From Schmidtea nova (lineage: Eukaryota): a DNA stretch of 63,672 nucleotides. The DNA is taken from contig CM097882.1 in NCBI GenBank assembly GCA_044892505.1, positions 179,180,329 through 179,244,000 on the forward strand, read 5' to 3'. Positions 10,771-23,817 of the stretch are shown in pieces. The notes beneath the pieces were generated by a model. That model saw only the letters and a program-made list of their open reading frames with translations, ran no database searches and had not been told where the DNA came from. Each line of letters begins with the position of its first letter. Within the stretch, counting starts at the first letter, position 1. The position numbers and the translations under genes are program-made.

Positions 10771-10884
10771 ATAATTTAAAATTAGTTATTTATTCAACAT
10801 ACAAAAATCAACTTCAATAAGTAAATTAGATTTAATAGAACTTTTATTGCTAATACACATTGTTTCAACATTAATGTTTATTCT

Positions 10885-11397
10885 CTACAACCGAAATAAA
10901 ATGTGGATCTCCTGATTTATTGCCGCTCGACGTAGCCTCGCTAATGAGAAATTTGGTTGAATGGTATTACATTCCTTCCCGAATGATCGTGGTGGGACAA
11001 ATGCGTGGAGTCCTAATTTGTGGAGCTCGTCTCGGGGAATGTGTCCCCAATATATCACTTGTCTGGGCTTCCCGTCGGCATCTCTTATAATAATTAATAG
11101 TCGTCCGAACTTCAGAGAATAGGTTTGATTAGATTATGGCCATCTAGGGCCACCCCAATATAGAATGAGATTGTTGTCATCAGCTCAAATAGAAAATGGG
11201 CACTTCCTTCCGAAGTCTCGACGCCATTTATACGTGAGCGCATTTATTGTTCGCACGATTGGCGAGGGTAATTCTTTTAGCTTTCTGGCCTTGTTTTCTG
11301 TTTTCCTTGCCTCCGATGACCGTCTACACTCGGCTATCATTCGGATTATTGTTTCCTCAGACATCTGTGTTATGTCAAAATATAATTTATGATTCAC
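10885..11397 (-). pseudogene. Uncharacterised ~170-aa Trp-rich protein (cassette A), two in-frame stops
   Basis: Read through the stops: MNHK...KLKELPSPI...KWRRDFGRKCPFSI*ADDNNLILYWGGPRWP*...IIRDADGKPRQVIYWGHIPRDELHKLGLHAFVPPRSF. Homologous to 25248-25754. Confidence 0.7.
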
Positions 11398-11426
11398 CTC
11401 CTCAATAAAAAAACTAATTTACTGAG

Positions 11427-11618
11427 TATCTCCGTCGTGATGTACCATGATCGGAATAATTTATACGTTTAATTTATTTAATTATCCCTGCGCTATGTAC
11501 AGCGATCAGGGTAGATACGAATAAAAGTTTTAGATAAGTTCCTGCGCTATTTACAGCGATCAGGATAACAATATAAAATTTCGAATTGATTCCTACGCTG
11601 TCTAGAGCGATCGGGAAT
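11427..11618. repeat. Array of four related bulged hairpins
   Basis: Hairpins at 11427-11458, 11483-11513, 11540-11565 and 11589-11618, each with a 6-nt loop and a similar 3'-side bulge. Confidence 0.75.
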
Positions 11619-14600
11619 GTTAGTTATGGATCAGTTTGAGTGTCATGCAGTTTATCGTAATTTCGTTTATGTTAAAGTGTCGACTGGTCGATTTAGTTGA
11701 TGGATAAATTTCCAATCGAATTTTCGTACGACTAGTTAAGGACTTTGACCCTAATTCATTCTACAATTCGCATTGTCGTATTGGAAAAAATTTGGACTTT
11801 TCATTAACAACTCGCCTATCTCTTGGGGTAATAACTAGCCTATTCCGCAAATATATTGGGTAGAAGGTACCTTGGGCCTTCGGGATGCCCCTTGCCGCAT
11901 GGCAGCCCTCCATGTAACACACTTCATCTTTGCCGACCCATCTTATGTGCAACAACAAAAATCTAAAATTATCATCGTGAATTCATCCACTGTGATCATT
12001 CTAATCATCTAATTTATATCAATTCATAAAAAAGGTGGAACCGCCGTGAGAAACCGTTAAGCTCCACGACGACGACTCTGGCTCCCTCGCCGCGTGAGCA
12101 GTCGAGGAAGCATATCTATGGATGTGAAATATAAAATTATAAATGATAAGCATTAAGGTTCAAAATAACATGAAATTAAAATTTATATGAACAACAAAAT
12201 CATGGGTACATATATGATAATAAAAATAAAAAACCAAAATTTACTGCTCCATACCGATGAAAATGATAACTGTTGCTGATAAGGTTCTCGTAAAAACTGA
12301 TGCTTCGCAAAATACACTCAAAGTTACACTCAGAATTTAATGCTTCACAATGGGCTCTACAAAATTCCTTTAAACAAAATGCTAACTTAGTGATTTTCGG
12401 ATCGGTATTTATACTGATCCGGCTGGTCAGATTGACCAATCAGGATCAGGCCGTCCATTAAAACCTGTCTATTATTTTATTCTATTGTAAATATTATTTT
12501 ATTTCCGGTTCAGGTTTCTCGCTGGGTGGTCCTGATTTTCAAAGTAATTAATCAATTAATTGCACTTTTATTTTGATTTAATTCTTTATTTTCCTGTTTC
12601 AGGCCCCCTTGCTGCTTGTTCTAATGTAAATTTTAAATTTTCTCATTTCTGTTAATTTATTTATTTTTTATTATTTTATTCAGATTTTTAATTCTGATTT
12701 TTCTATGTTTTTTTGTATTTATTATTTTTATTTTTTGTTTTATTGTATTGTTATTTTGGTGGTTTAGACCACTTGGCGGGCCCAACAAATGTTAATGATG
12801 TCAGTCCATCAGATATCTATTTATTTCCATCATTTCTAAATGTTTTTGATCTTATTTTATTTAAATATACCTTAATTTTTGAAAATCCTTTATCCAATTG
12901 CATATATGAATATTTTTATTATAGAATTCACTTGTCATGATTTTGTTGTTTTACTGACTGACGTTTTTACTCTGATATAATTATAAATCGTTCATTGTGA
13001 GTTGTGTTGAAAGGAACTAAATCTACAAGTTTCTACAAGTTTCTTATTTGATAATATGACCTTTGCATTGATCGTGCTAACACCTTATTTATTAATGTTT
13101 TTTGGTAATTGGGATAATTTATTTATAATTATATTTTAGATGAATTTTAATACTAAATAAATGTATGTATCTTATATTTTGTTGTTAAGTCACTTACACT
13201 TCAATGGCGCACATATATTTATTATTTATCGATTTTAATATATTAAAGTTTAATTTCATTTAGACTCATATTGCCTAGTGGTACAGTATTTTTTTCATTG
13301 TATAAAATTTCCTGAATTTTAATACCGGATGTAGCGAATTATTTAATATGTTTATATTTTACAAATCATTTTTGAGTGAAGAAAAGCTATTTTGTCTTAA
13401 TGGCTCAAGATTTAGACATTCTTTCAACAAAAGAAATTCAATGAAATCTAGATTACAGCGATAAATGCATGGTGGAAGCATCATATATTGGAAAATATTC
13501 TAACCAAACGGAACTGAGTTTTTTAAATAAATGTTAAGAAATTTAAATTCTAATTACATTTTCCGCGTTGAAACTAAAAAAGAATTTGTGCACCATACAC
13601 TATCTACCATAACAATTTATAAACATTTTTAAACCAGTTGAAAGTTTTTTCTTGAAAACAAAAAATATATAAAAATTATGAAGAACTTCTAGAATTTTTT
13701 AAAATTGAGTAATGTTATCAAAAATTAAAGGACTAAATTTACTAAATAGTAATAAAGGTGCTTTTGGGTTATCTTACCTCCTTATATTTAGTAGGCATAA
13801 AAACAATATTCAACAATTTAGCAACAAAAAAACAGTTAACATCTTAAAAGTTCACTTTCTGACATATATCATGTCATCAATAATAAAAATTAATTTATGA
13901 CATCAATAATTTATCTCAAGAAAAACTACCCCCCAAACAAACATGAATTTATTAGAATTAGCTAGTGTAATAGATGATAAATAAACTAGTGTTCGGTTTC
14001 TTCAGAGACACGGCCTACTTCATAATCAAAGAGTATGCAGCAATGGTCATGCAATGCAGCAATTGGGATAAGATAACCCAAAAGCACCCTAATAAATTCA
14101 TATTTTGTTAAACTCCCATGAGTTGATGGAAGTTTTTTTGTCTTGATATTTGCTTTTTTATTAGATATCAATAAATTAAATTTTTAATATTAATATTGAA
14201 AACATCCGAATATCACATTGATTTACATGTGTTTTGCCATGAGCAAGTGAATTATTTATATTATATTTTTTGAAAACTCATGCATCAAAATTTACAATCT
14301 GTCGGTGTTAATCTCCTTTTTCATGTAAATTATTATTTATATAAATTTGTATATGTATTAAGTGTTGTACATGTTCAGTATGAAAGGACACAGATCCTGG
14401 GCCTATTATAAAAGGACCATAGATTTGTTCTGAATAATAATGATTAATGAATTTTTGAATATAAATAGCAAAAAAATAATTATGATGACATTATTTTTGA
14501 ATTTTGTGATATTGAAACAAGAAAAGGAAAATATATATATAACTTTTTATAATATTCTTATATAAATATTAATAGCTTAAATTATATAAATTTTAATCAT

Positions 14601-14831
14601 TATATTTATTAAAAATAAGTAAACCTAGTGTGAGTTCAATTAAAATATTATATAAGATATAAGTCCCGTAACCCGTCATAAATGACGAAAGTAAAATAAA
14701 TTCTAGTTGTTTTTCTTTCATTAGACTTTTATTCTGAATTTTAAAAAAATAGGAATCATAAAAAAACTTAATCTTAATTAATATTAAAATAAAAATTAAT
14801 AAAAAATTATATATATATATATATTGGGAAG

Positions 14832-15551
14832 TGTGGGTGTTGTAAGAAAAATTATTATTGCCCCTAAGGATTAATACAACCCATAGCCCATCATAAATAT
14901 TAAACTACCTAAATCGTTTACCCATAGTTATTCCATAGCTAACTATGCTTCTCAAAAAATATACAAATAACCTCTCTTAACCCCCTTTGGTTTCCTCTAC
15001 AACTGTCCTTAATTTGCCTTTTCCCATCACACAAAATTTAACTGTCAGTGAAGTTTAGTTTGTTCTCACCGCGACTTTATAAACCGCGAACTTATGAATG
15101 GCAACTGCACATTCTTTAATCCTCCGTATGGTTTTCTTGAATTAATTTTAGCTGCGTCTGGAGTATGACTGTGAGTGGATATCTTTATTATGTTTTCATC
15201 TTCTATGTGACATCAAGCTCGACATTTCGGCATATCATATTCATTACATCTCCAGATTGTATTTGTTGTAATAGTTTTTTCTTTTAGAATTGTAAAACCA
15301 TCTACTACGAAGAGATTTCCATTTTTGCAACATTTTACATATTCTAGGCATTTTAGTGGTAACTGATATTTTAAAAAATATACCATATTAAATATACTGG
15401 ACTACATGACGTTAATTATAAAGGACAGTCGAAGTTATATAATACTTTAAATTAAAATTAACAAACCACAACGTTGCATTAAAATCAATTTAATCTAATT
15501 TAAATTGATGTCAATTAAAAAAAGGGTTATATACCAGTTTTGGGTGGTACA
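14832..15551 (+). mobile_element. LTR-like repeat copy C, interrupted by a MULE FLYWCH fragment
   Basis: 14832-15090 aligns by eye with 27413-27150 (catagtt.gc...gggta.acga...tgggttgta.taatcc.tag.g.caataataatttt). Ends GGTGGTACA like copy B. Confidence 0.45.
15100..15386 (-). pseudogene. FLYWCH zinc-finger fragment of a MULE/Mutator transposase
   Basis: GNLFVVDGFTILKEKTITTNTIWRCNEYDMPKCRA*CHIEDENIIKISTHSHTPD; the internal TGA is probably from CGA. Confidence 0.75.
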
Positions 15552-15554
15552 AAA

Positions 15555-15758
15555 TAATTAATTAATTAATTTAATATTTTAATATTTTAATAATTTATTT
15601 ATTTAATTAATATAGAATAATTAATCAAACGGAATATTAAAAGAAATGAAAATAATTAATTAATTAATTTAATATTTTAATATTTTAATAATTTATTTAT
15701 TTAATTAATATAGAATAATTAATCAAACGGAATATTAAAAGAAATGAAAATAATTAAT
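15555..15758. repeat. 98-bp tandem duplication
   Basis: Two near-identical AT-rich copies containing tagaataattaatcaaacggaatattaaaagaaatgaaaat. Confidence 0.85.
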
Positions 15759-16083
15759 CAATTGAATTTATTAAGGCCAGCCTAAGGAGATTAAAGCGTT
15801 CAGATCTTGATTTAATTCCAAAATTATTTTCAAATTCGAATAATTTTATTTTTTCGCAAATATCTTCAAACCTGGAATTTTTAGGGAGAAAGCTTCTTAA
15901 TGATCTCCATTTTCTTTCCATAGTATTCGTGTGGATTGAAATCTCGTCAATTTTAACAAAGGTCACAGAATGATTAACACTGTAATGAATATACCCAAAA
16001 TCTTTCAATCTGTTATATCCGCGCCCTTTGTCGGTACATATTGTGGCGTTTTGTTCAACAGACTGTAAAATAAACTGAGTCAA
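15754..16083 (-). mobile_element. Merlin (IS1595/ISXO2-like) transposase C-terminal fragment
   Basis: ICTDKGRGYNRL..FGYIHYSVNHSVTFV....IHTNTMERKWRSLR matches the TD..Y / H..VNHS..FV / HTN.IE..W pattern. Confidence 0.85.
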
Positions 16084-16202
16084 TACTTGGATAAAACTTG
16101 GATATTATAAATAATAACAATGGCGCACGTTTATGATCGATACTATTATTAACAGCTCACGGTTTTCAGTGCGTGATATAGAGCGCACGCTTATTGAAGT
16201 AA

Positions 16203-16244
<42 letters not shown>

Positions 16245-16247
<3 letters not shown>

Positions 16248-17360
16248 TCCCATCTTAGCCATCTTCTACATGAACTTTATAGAATCTAAGATCATATCTT
16301 TTTTTGAGAACAAAATACTTTTCTGGAAACGATACATCGACAACATCTTCATAGTCTCCACAATTCCTCTCAATCAAATCCTATCACACGCAAATTCTAC
16401 TAACACCAACATACAATTCACTTTTGAAACACCGAACACAGAAGGTAAAATACCGTTTTTAGATACCATGGTAAGTTTTACAAAAGGCCAAGATACACTA
16501 AATGCAAACACCGAGCTATATTCTAAAGGTTTACATAGTAGTCATATCCTCCCATGGAAAAGCCACGTTCCACTTCAACGCAAAATCGCATTACTAATAG
16601 GAGAAAGAAAAAGATCCATAAGAAACTGTTCAGGCGCAAACAAAATACAAGAAACATTAGAAAACTTCAAAATACGATTCCTCCAAAATGGATACCCTGA
16701 AGAATTTGTAAAGAAATACTTCCTTAACGAACCATACTACAATAAACGCAACAATAGGAAACGCCAGAAACACAATAACAATAACAAACACACAACATAT
16801 TTAAGATAACATTTCCTAAATGACACTACAGCCAACAAAATCACCAACATTTTTAATCAAACAGATTTGCCTATCCACATCTGTCCAACGTTCATAACCT
16901 CTGCACCGTTAAAATCACAACTCCGAAAGCCACCAATTTCCAACATCTCCAAACATAAATGTCTTTGCCGTTCCACAACCCGATGCTTTTGCTTTTCCAA
17001 AAATATAGTATATAAACTTTCTTGCCAAAAATGTGACGCTACTTACATAGGAGAAACACATAGAACTTTTCGCACCCGACTTAATGAACACACTAAAAAC
17101 AAAACTAGTAGTTATTACGAACACTGGAGAAAGTACATAAAACAACTCCATCTATAGAAGAAACAAATTCCAGATTCTACAAGAGGAATTCAAAATTTCA
17201 TTACAAAAATTAGCTTCCGAGACTTTTTACATAAAAAAATACAAACCATCCATCAACATTCAATTCGCACGAAAAAATTAAAATAAATTTTTTTCATCCA
17301 ATAAAATCATTATAAAATATAAAAAAATAATTAAGGTTACTATGTAGGATTAAGTTAATA
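16245..17360 (+). mobile_element. Penelope-like element 1 (RT C-terminus plus GIY-YIG endonuclease), 5'-truncated; its 3' end resumes at 20002 after a Tigger insertion
   Basis: WKRYIDNIF, GKIPFLDTMV, KWKSH-like SHVPLQRKI, LQNGYP, then KNIVYKLSCQKCDATYIGETHRTFRTRLNEH. Begins at a (TA)n tract. Confidence 0.92.
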
Positions 17361-19999
17361 CATGTGAACTCGTTTAATATCACCTCGGTTATTATCACGA
17401 CCTGTTTAATATCACTAAAACTCAAAATCCACTTGCCAAACATTATTAATCAATACATTTTTACTCGGTTAATATCATCTTGCATAATATCCATTTCCCG
17501 CTTATTATCATTTATTATAATCACTTATTATATTTTTTTATTTTGATATTTCAAATTCACTTAATATCGTGATTTTTTATGAATTTTTTTATAATCTTTT
17601 TTACCAAAGTTCACACAAAATAAGTTTAAAAAATTTAAAACTGAAACTTCAAATATAATTTAAATTTCCTATATTTTGTAACTGTTTTCTTATATTTCTT
17701 ATAAAAACAAACTTATTGCACAACAAAAACGCAAGATGGTGATAGAAAACCGTGAAAATCATATTTAAACAATTTTCCTATTTCGTTTTTCAAATCTTTT
17801 ATAAAACGCATTTATTTGCACATAAATACATATATTGAATGTACTCATCCAAAATGTAACAGGTGAGCATTTAAAAAGTAAACACACCTAAAATTGATGA
17901 TAATGCGCAGTTGGTTAATAACATTAGATGCAGTTCTGTCAATATATATTTTACCTAATAAAGTATGTTTTTATCTAATAAAGGTTTTGAAATACATATC
18001 TAATCAGAAACTTGATAATTTTAATTTAAAATACATATATTTATTGTAAGCAAGCAAAATCTACAGGGTTTTGATATAAACAGAGGTAAATTTTAATAAG
18101 TTTTCTTAATTTACTTGAGATTAAAGTGATTGTTGTTTTAATACACATGTATGTAATTTATAATTTCTTACAAGGGCTAAATCAAAAATGACAGAACGTA
18201 AACGAACAGAATTAACTGTAAAACAAAAATTGGATATTAGAGCAGCTTGTGATGGACCACTAAAACAAACGTATGCAGCTGTTGGTAAGAAATTCAACAT
18301 TGATTCATCAACAGTGAGCAAAATTTATAAAAACAAAAGTGCATTATCTGATGTTGTAAACTTAAACAGCAATAGAAAAAGAAAACGGCATAGCAGAGCT
18401 GAATATGTAGATAAAGCATTGTATAACTAACATTAGCATCAGCGGTGAAATACTGCGTGTCAAAGCTGAAGCCTTTGCTAGAGATCTATCCGTAATAAAT
18501 TTTGTGGCCAATAATGGATGGTTAGATAGATGGAAGAAAAGATTTGGAATCGTATATAAAAAAGCACATGGGAAAAAGTTGATGCAGATGTTCCTGCAGC
18601 AGAAGAATGGTTATCTACAACCTTGGTCGATGTATTCCGCCTCTATCAAACAAAAGATATTTACAACGCGGACAAAACTGGCCTTTTGTGGCGTGCAATG
18701 CCGAATGGTTCACATGTCTTTAAAGCAACTGAACTTTCTGTAAAGTATCAAAAGAAAGAGTTACTATTTTACTTTGTGCCAGTATGGATGGTGAGAAGCA
18801 ACTAGTTTTAGTAATTGGCAAATCTGAAACACCGCGTTGCTTTCGAGGTGTTAGACAGTTACCTGTAAACTATAAAAATAATTTAAATACCTGTATGACG
18901 TCCTCTATATTCGAAGAATGGCTACGTCAATGGGATAAAGAACTGTATTCTCAAAGTCGGAAGATTCCTTTAGTCTTAGACAATTGCTCTGCGCATCCAA
19001 AGTTAAAATTTAATAACATCGAATTAATTTTCCTCCCACCCAATGTAACATCACTAGCTCAACCGTGTGATCAAGGTATTATCCGCAATTTTAAGTTCCA
19101 TTATCGTCGATTACTTGTATTGAAATTACTAGCAGCAATTGAATCTTCCACTGCTCAAATACAAGCTGGGCAAATAGTAAAAAACTTAATCCATTGGATG
19201 CGGATCTTTAATAAAAGAAGCACGGAACAAGGTTACCAGCATAACTGTACAAAATTGTTTCAAAAAGACAAACTTTTGTAATAATGCTCCAGATTTAATT
19301 GAAAGTGACGAACTTGCTTTGAATATAAATGAACTTGATTTTGATTTTAATGAATATTTGGAAATGGATATCAATGAAGAATGTTCAGAACCTTTGAATG
19401 ATCAAATGATAGTGGAATCCATCGTGGAACAAAAAAAGCAAAATAAAAATAATAATGTGGCAAGTGATGATAGCGACGATGAAACAGAATCAACTGCAAC
19501 AACTATAACCAACAATATTGCTTTAGAATCTTTTAAAAATATACAAATGTTTTTAACAAATAACAATGCTGCAGATGGGACTGTTTAAATCAGTTGGATA
19601 ATATAGTTCAGCACACTATATTAAAAAATGCAACCAAAACATGTCAATTAACATTAGAAAAATGGTTCAAATAAATTTCCGAGCGTATATATGTATAATA
19701 TACATTGTATATGTATAAATAAATAAATGAATTATTACTAGTCAATATATTGGATGTATATTAAAAATAAATAAATTATTACTTAGTAGTCAATATAATG
19801 TCTTTTTTTCATAAATAAATACATAAATAAATTCTCTATTGAAATAAAATTTCGGTTATTGTCATGAATAATGATAATAATCGAGTTGTCGGTTAATGTC
19901 ACGTATGTGGATATTAAGCGAGTTTCGGTTATTATCACGACCCGCTTAATATCATGATTTTTTTGGAACCGTAAGCATGATATTAAGCGGGTTCGCCTG
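17361..19999 (+). mobile_element. Tigger/pogo DNA transposon (2639 bp) with decayed CENP-B/DDE_1 transposase (18188-~19590)
   Basis: TA TSDs at 17359-60 and 20000-01. TIRs catgtgaactcgtttaatatca vs rc caggcgaacccgcttaatatca. Fragments RTELTVKQKLDI, ANNGWLDRWKKRFGI, IYNADKTGL, LVLDNCSAH, FLPPNVTSLAQPCDQGII. Confidence 0.93.
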
Positions 20000-20001
20000 T
20001 A

Positions 20002-20075
20002 TAACGATTGAATTACATACTTGATAAAGGCTGTGCCGAAATATTGTGTTGTTTATAAAAAAATTTTGATCTATA
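20002..20075 (+). mobile_element. 3' end of Penelope-like element 1 with a hammerhead-like motif (20017-20049)
   Basis: AUAC-UUGAUAAA-GGC(UGU)GCC-GAAA-UAUU-GUGU followed by gtttataaaaaaattttgatctata, near-identical to one arm of the palindromic family. Confidence 0.75.
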
Positions 20076-21937
20076 TATATATATATGTGTGTGTGAATGT
20101 ATTGCAAATAATAATTTGACCATAATATTGAAGGCAAATATTAAAAATATATTTTAATGAATGGTAAAATGAATTAAAAATTTAAAAATGTAACAATAAT
20201 TGAAAAAATATTTTTTCGAAATTAGTCGTATAACTTCATTTTAACAGTAAATATTATAATAAATCTCAATCTCTACCAAAATATTTGACATTCAACTGGT
20301 TCAAATAAAATGTTTTATAATTACTGGCAAAATTACAAAATTAATATATAAATTTAATTAAATAAGTAATTATTGATGAATTAATTTACCTAGGATAGCA
20401 TTCATTTGAGATGGAGATATTTCAGGGTTCTTTTCTAAAAATTCCATATATTAAACTATAATATTTCATTATTATACTATATAGCTTAACAAAAGTATTC
20501 AAGAAAATATTATAATTAATATTCAATTGGTCAAAATTAATGTCGAATTATTCAGTAAAAGATGGTTTTTAATAGCCTTAATAAATGTCCTTATAATCGT
20601 AAAATTGTGATTTAAAGGTGTAATTTAAAATAATTCAACTATATTTTTTCACTTATTATTTTTAGTTTACTGAGATTCGAAAATGATTGCACAATTATGA
20701 TTTTTTTTAAATGGTAATAATGCGTTGGAAAATAAGCAGTTACTTAAAAAGAGAGCTCAAGAATACTATAAAAACACAAATCTAAGAGAAAAGACTGTTT
20801 TTTTCTGAAATTGTTAATAAATATATACAATTTAATTTAATAAACAGTTTTTAAAAAATCATAAGGGATTTTATTTATTTATTTTGGATTCAAACGACAA
20901 AATACTCGTTTATATATTAGAAAATTTAAAAAATCAAATTAGATACATTTGTGGTATACTAAAACGAAGAAGAAATTAGAAAAATTTCTTAGTGAAGCGG
21001 AATTTTGAATAAAACATGAAAGTATCGAAATTTATTATTTTGAATAATGCATGTAAATGTGTATTTTAAATTCGAATTTAATTGAAAATTCCCGGTGCAT
21101 CAGTGAACATTTAACATGCTCCATTTTGGCCCATTCCGTCGCTATATTGTTTTAAAAACGATTCGTCAAATTTATGTTTGCACATATCAACCGTTATACA
21201 GTGAAAATATCTCTTGATTTAACATTAACTTTTTTTTCAAAATTTATGATACAATAATCAAATTACAAATGATTAAAACTATCAGAAAATACCAAATTTT
21301 ACAACTTGTTCAATATCGGTTATTGAAAATATTGAATATCAGCATAAAATTTAAACCGAAACACAAAAATTCACGTGGTTATTAGTTTGAGGAAAAAAAG
21401 GAAAGATAGAAATTCCGATCGATTTTAATGAATCCGATTCAATCATTGAAACTAATTTGATTGGCTGAATTTTTAATCATGTTAATAACGCACTTTTACA
21501 CACATTTACATTCTACAAGTATACAAGCACTCAACAAATGCAACATTTTAAAGTCTAATTTATTCTAGAAATAATTTGTATGAAATTTTAAAACTACATT
21601 ACATATTTTCGTAGTAAATTTTCCCAATACAAACATCTGTGCGAATGTTGGCATAAATATGAAGCTGAAAGTCGTTTCGAAAAGCACACAGACCGTCATG
21701 TTTAGGACAACACACAGTTTATATGCACATTGAGACAACCTATTGAAGAAAATCACACAACCTGGACATTTAAAAAATTATATTTATCGATGAATATTTT
21801 TCATAAATGTTTATTTCGTAAATAAATTTTCTCAACCAAAGTAAGAAAATTATTTTATTTTTATTTTTTATTAAATTTTTAATAAAATCGATTTAAATCA
21901 ATATTTTCGAAAAAAAGGGAATTCTGTTTTTTTTCAA

Positions 21938-22141
21938 ATGTCAACTCCGCAAATCTGTGCCAAATGCTGTAAACCATTTACAGCTGGACCTATTCTTTCA
22001 GCTCTGGATAAAAAATGGCATCCTTCTTGTTTTGTCTGTGTCAATTGTAAAGGCGAATTAGCTCGGTCTTCGTTTCATGTGAAAGATGATTCTCCATACT
22101 GCGTTAATTGTTGGAAACAACTCTACCAACCCAGATGCACG
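21938..22141 (+). CDS. Two-LIM-domain protein, exon 1 (68 codons)
   Basis: MSTPQICAKC...KKWHPSCFVCVNC...PYCVNCWKQLYQPRCT is a complete LIM domain. GT donor at 22142, phase 0. Confidence 0.93.
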
Positions 22142-22851
22142 GTATTTATTTATTTATAATATATAATCGATGCAAATAAAATTATGCGTTTAATATTAAT
22201 ATGCATTTTCAAATTGAAACAATAAAAAAAATTTCAATTTTGAGAGCATTTTCAAAATACAAATTTTTTATTTTGTTTGAGTTTCTATTTAAACTTTAAT
22301 TGCAAGATTTTATTTTCAATTTTATTATATTTTTTTGTAAATTCAATGAGAAAATATTTTTTAAAAAATCATCAATAAACATATTTTTTAAGAAACTTTT
22401 TTATCTTCCTCACCGTTAATCTTTGTTCGATTTCATATGATTTCAGTTTTTAGACAAAAGATTAAAAAAATTTTCATTTTGTTCAAAACTAATTTTCAGC
22501 TGTCGAAAATTTGAGATAATAATTTTGATTTATTGTCAAAAAAAATAAAAATACATATTTTTATTAATAACATTTTTTTTTATTAAAATCCAAAATTTAT
22601 TTAACATATACTTAAAATAAATAAAATTCGGCGTGTTGGAAAATGTAGCACAATGTACCTAAGGGTTCCAATGAATTTGGATACATTAGATAAAAACGTT
22701 AAGGTTAAAACAACAACTTTTTTTTTGAAAAAAATAACATATGCGAGCCATATGTCAATTTCATTTCGATGATTCCAGGATTATTTTTTATAGAAAATTC
22801 CTAATTATTTTTATAGCACATTCTAAGTTATAATTGATTGTTTACTTTCAG

Positions 22852-23010
22852 GGTTGTCATACTATAATTGAACCAGAAGAGCAATATGTAACCTACAATG
22901 ATAATGCATATCACAAACAATGTTTCACTTGTGCTAACTGCAAACAAACTTTGGCTGGAAAACAATTTGTTATTCAAGATGACAAATTCTTGTGTCCAGA
23001 GCATGTGTAA
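22852..23010 (+). CDS. Two-LIM-domain protein, exon 2 (total 120 aa)
   Basis: Acceptor tttactttcag, phase 0. GCHTIIEPEEQYVTYNDNAYHKQCFTCANCKQTLAGKQFVIQDDKFLCPEHV* completes LIM2. Confidence 0.92.
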   Translation, partial: GCHTIIEPEEQYVTYNDNAYHKQCFTCANCKQTLAGKQFVIQDDKFLCPEHV

Positions 23011-23817
23011 AATGGAATTCATTTCCAATCGAATATAGAATAAACAAAATGATAAATAATTAAGCAATTATTAATTGTAAAATTTACTATAGATTTTTAG
23101 TGCTTTTATTATTATAATAATTTATCATTTGTTTTAAAATGACTTATGATGTGATTTAATGGATTTGGTTGTTTTAATTTAATTAGAACTTTTAAAATAT
23201 ATTGAAAAATTTCTTCAAATTTTATTTTGATTTAAATCTTTTACTTAAATGGCAATTTAGAATTATCCTCGCAATTTGTTTTCACTCTATAACTCGCAGA
23301 TCACCCAGAAGTGGTGAAACGTCATTATATTACCGCCGCGAAGGACTATATAGAAATTAAAACAAACTCAAGAAAAAGCACTATCACGACAACAAGGGGA
23401 ACATTCACACATTCGTAACTAATAATGTTCAGCGGTTGAACCGTAACAATATTGGATTATATCCACAGCCTAACGTGAAATTGAACCGAGGGCAAATGAA
23501 ATTCCACCCAAACGTAAAAAGTAAGGATTGAATGTTTCAGGAGAAACTTAACAAAACAAGCGAAAATAATCGGACGATTGCTCCCAATAAAGAAAATAAC
23601 TTGTTGGGCTGATAAGACCAAAATTTACAATAGAAATCAGCAGAAAATCGGCACAATAAAGTTAAATAATGAGAAATAATTAAATTGAATAAAAATAAGG
23701 AACAAATTTACATAGCAAATTTATAGGAAAAAGTAAAGGAATTATTAATAGTAGAATAAATTACTGTGGAAGGAAGTAGTATTAAAAATATAGTGTTAGT
23801 GTTCGGGTAGTGAAAAT

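Noticed and set aside
11427-11618. CRISPR array or tRNA cluster reading of the four hairpins
   Set aside because: Repeats diverge in sequence, spacers are low-complexity, and no cloverleaf or A/B boxes are present.
12770-12790. TGGCGGGCCCAAC as a primer-binding site
   Set aside because: Only a partial match to a tRNA 3' end and not adjacent to a definable LTR end.
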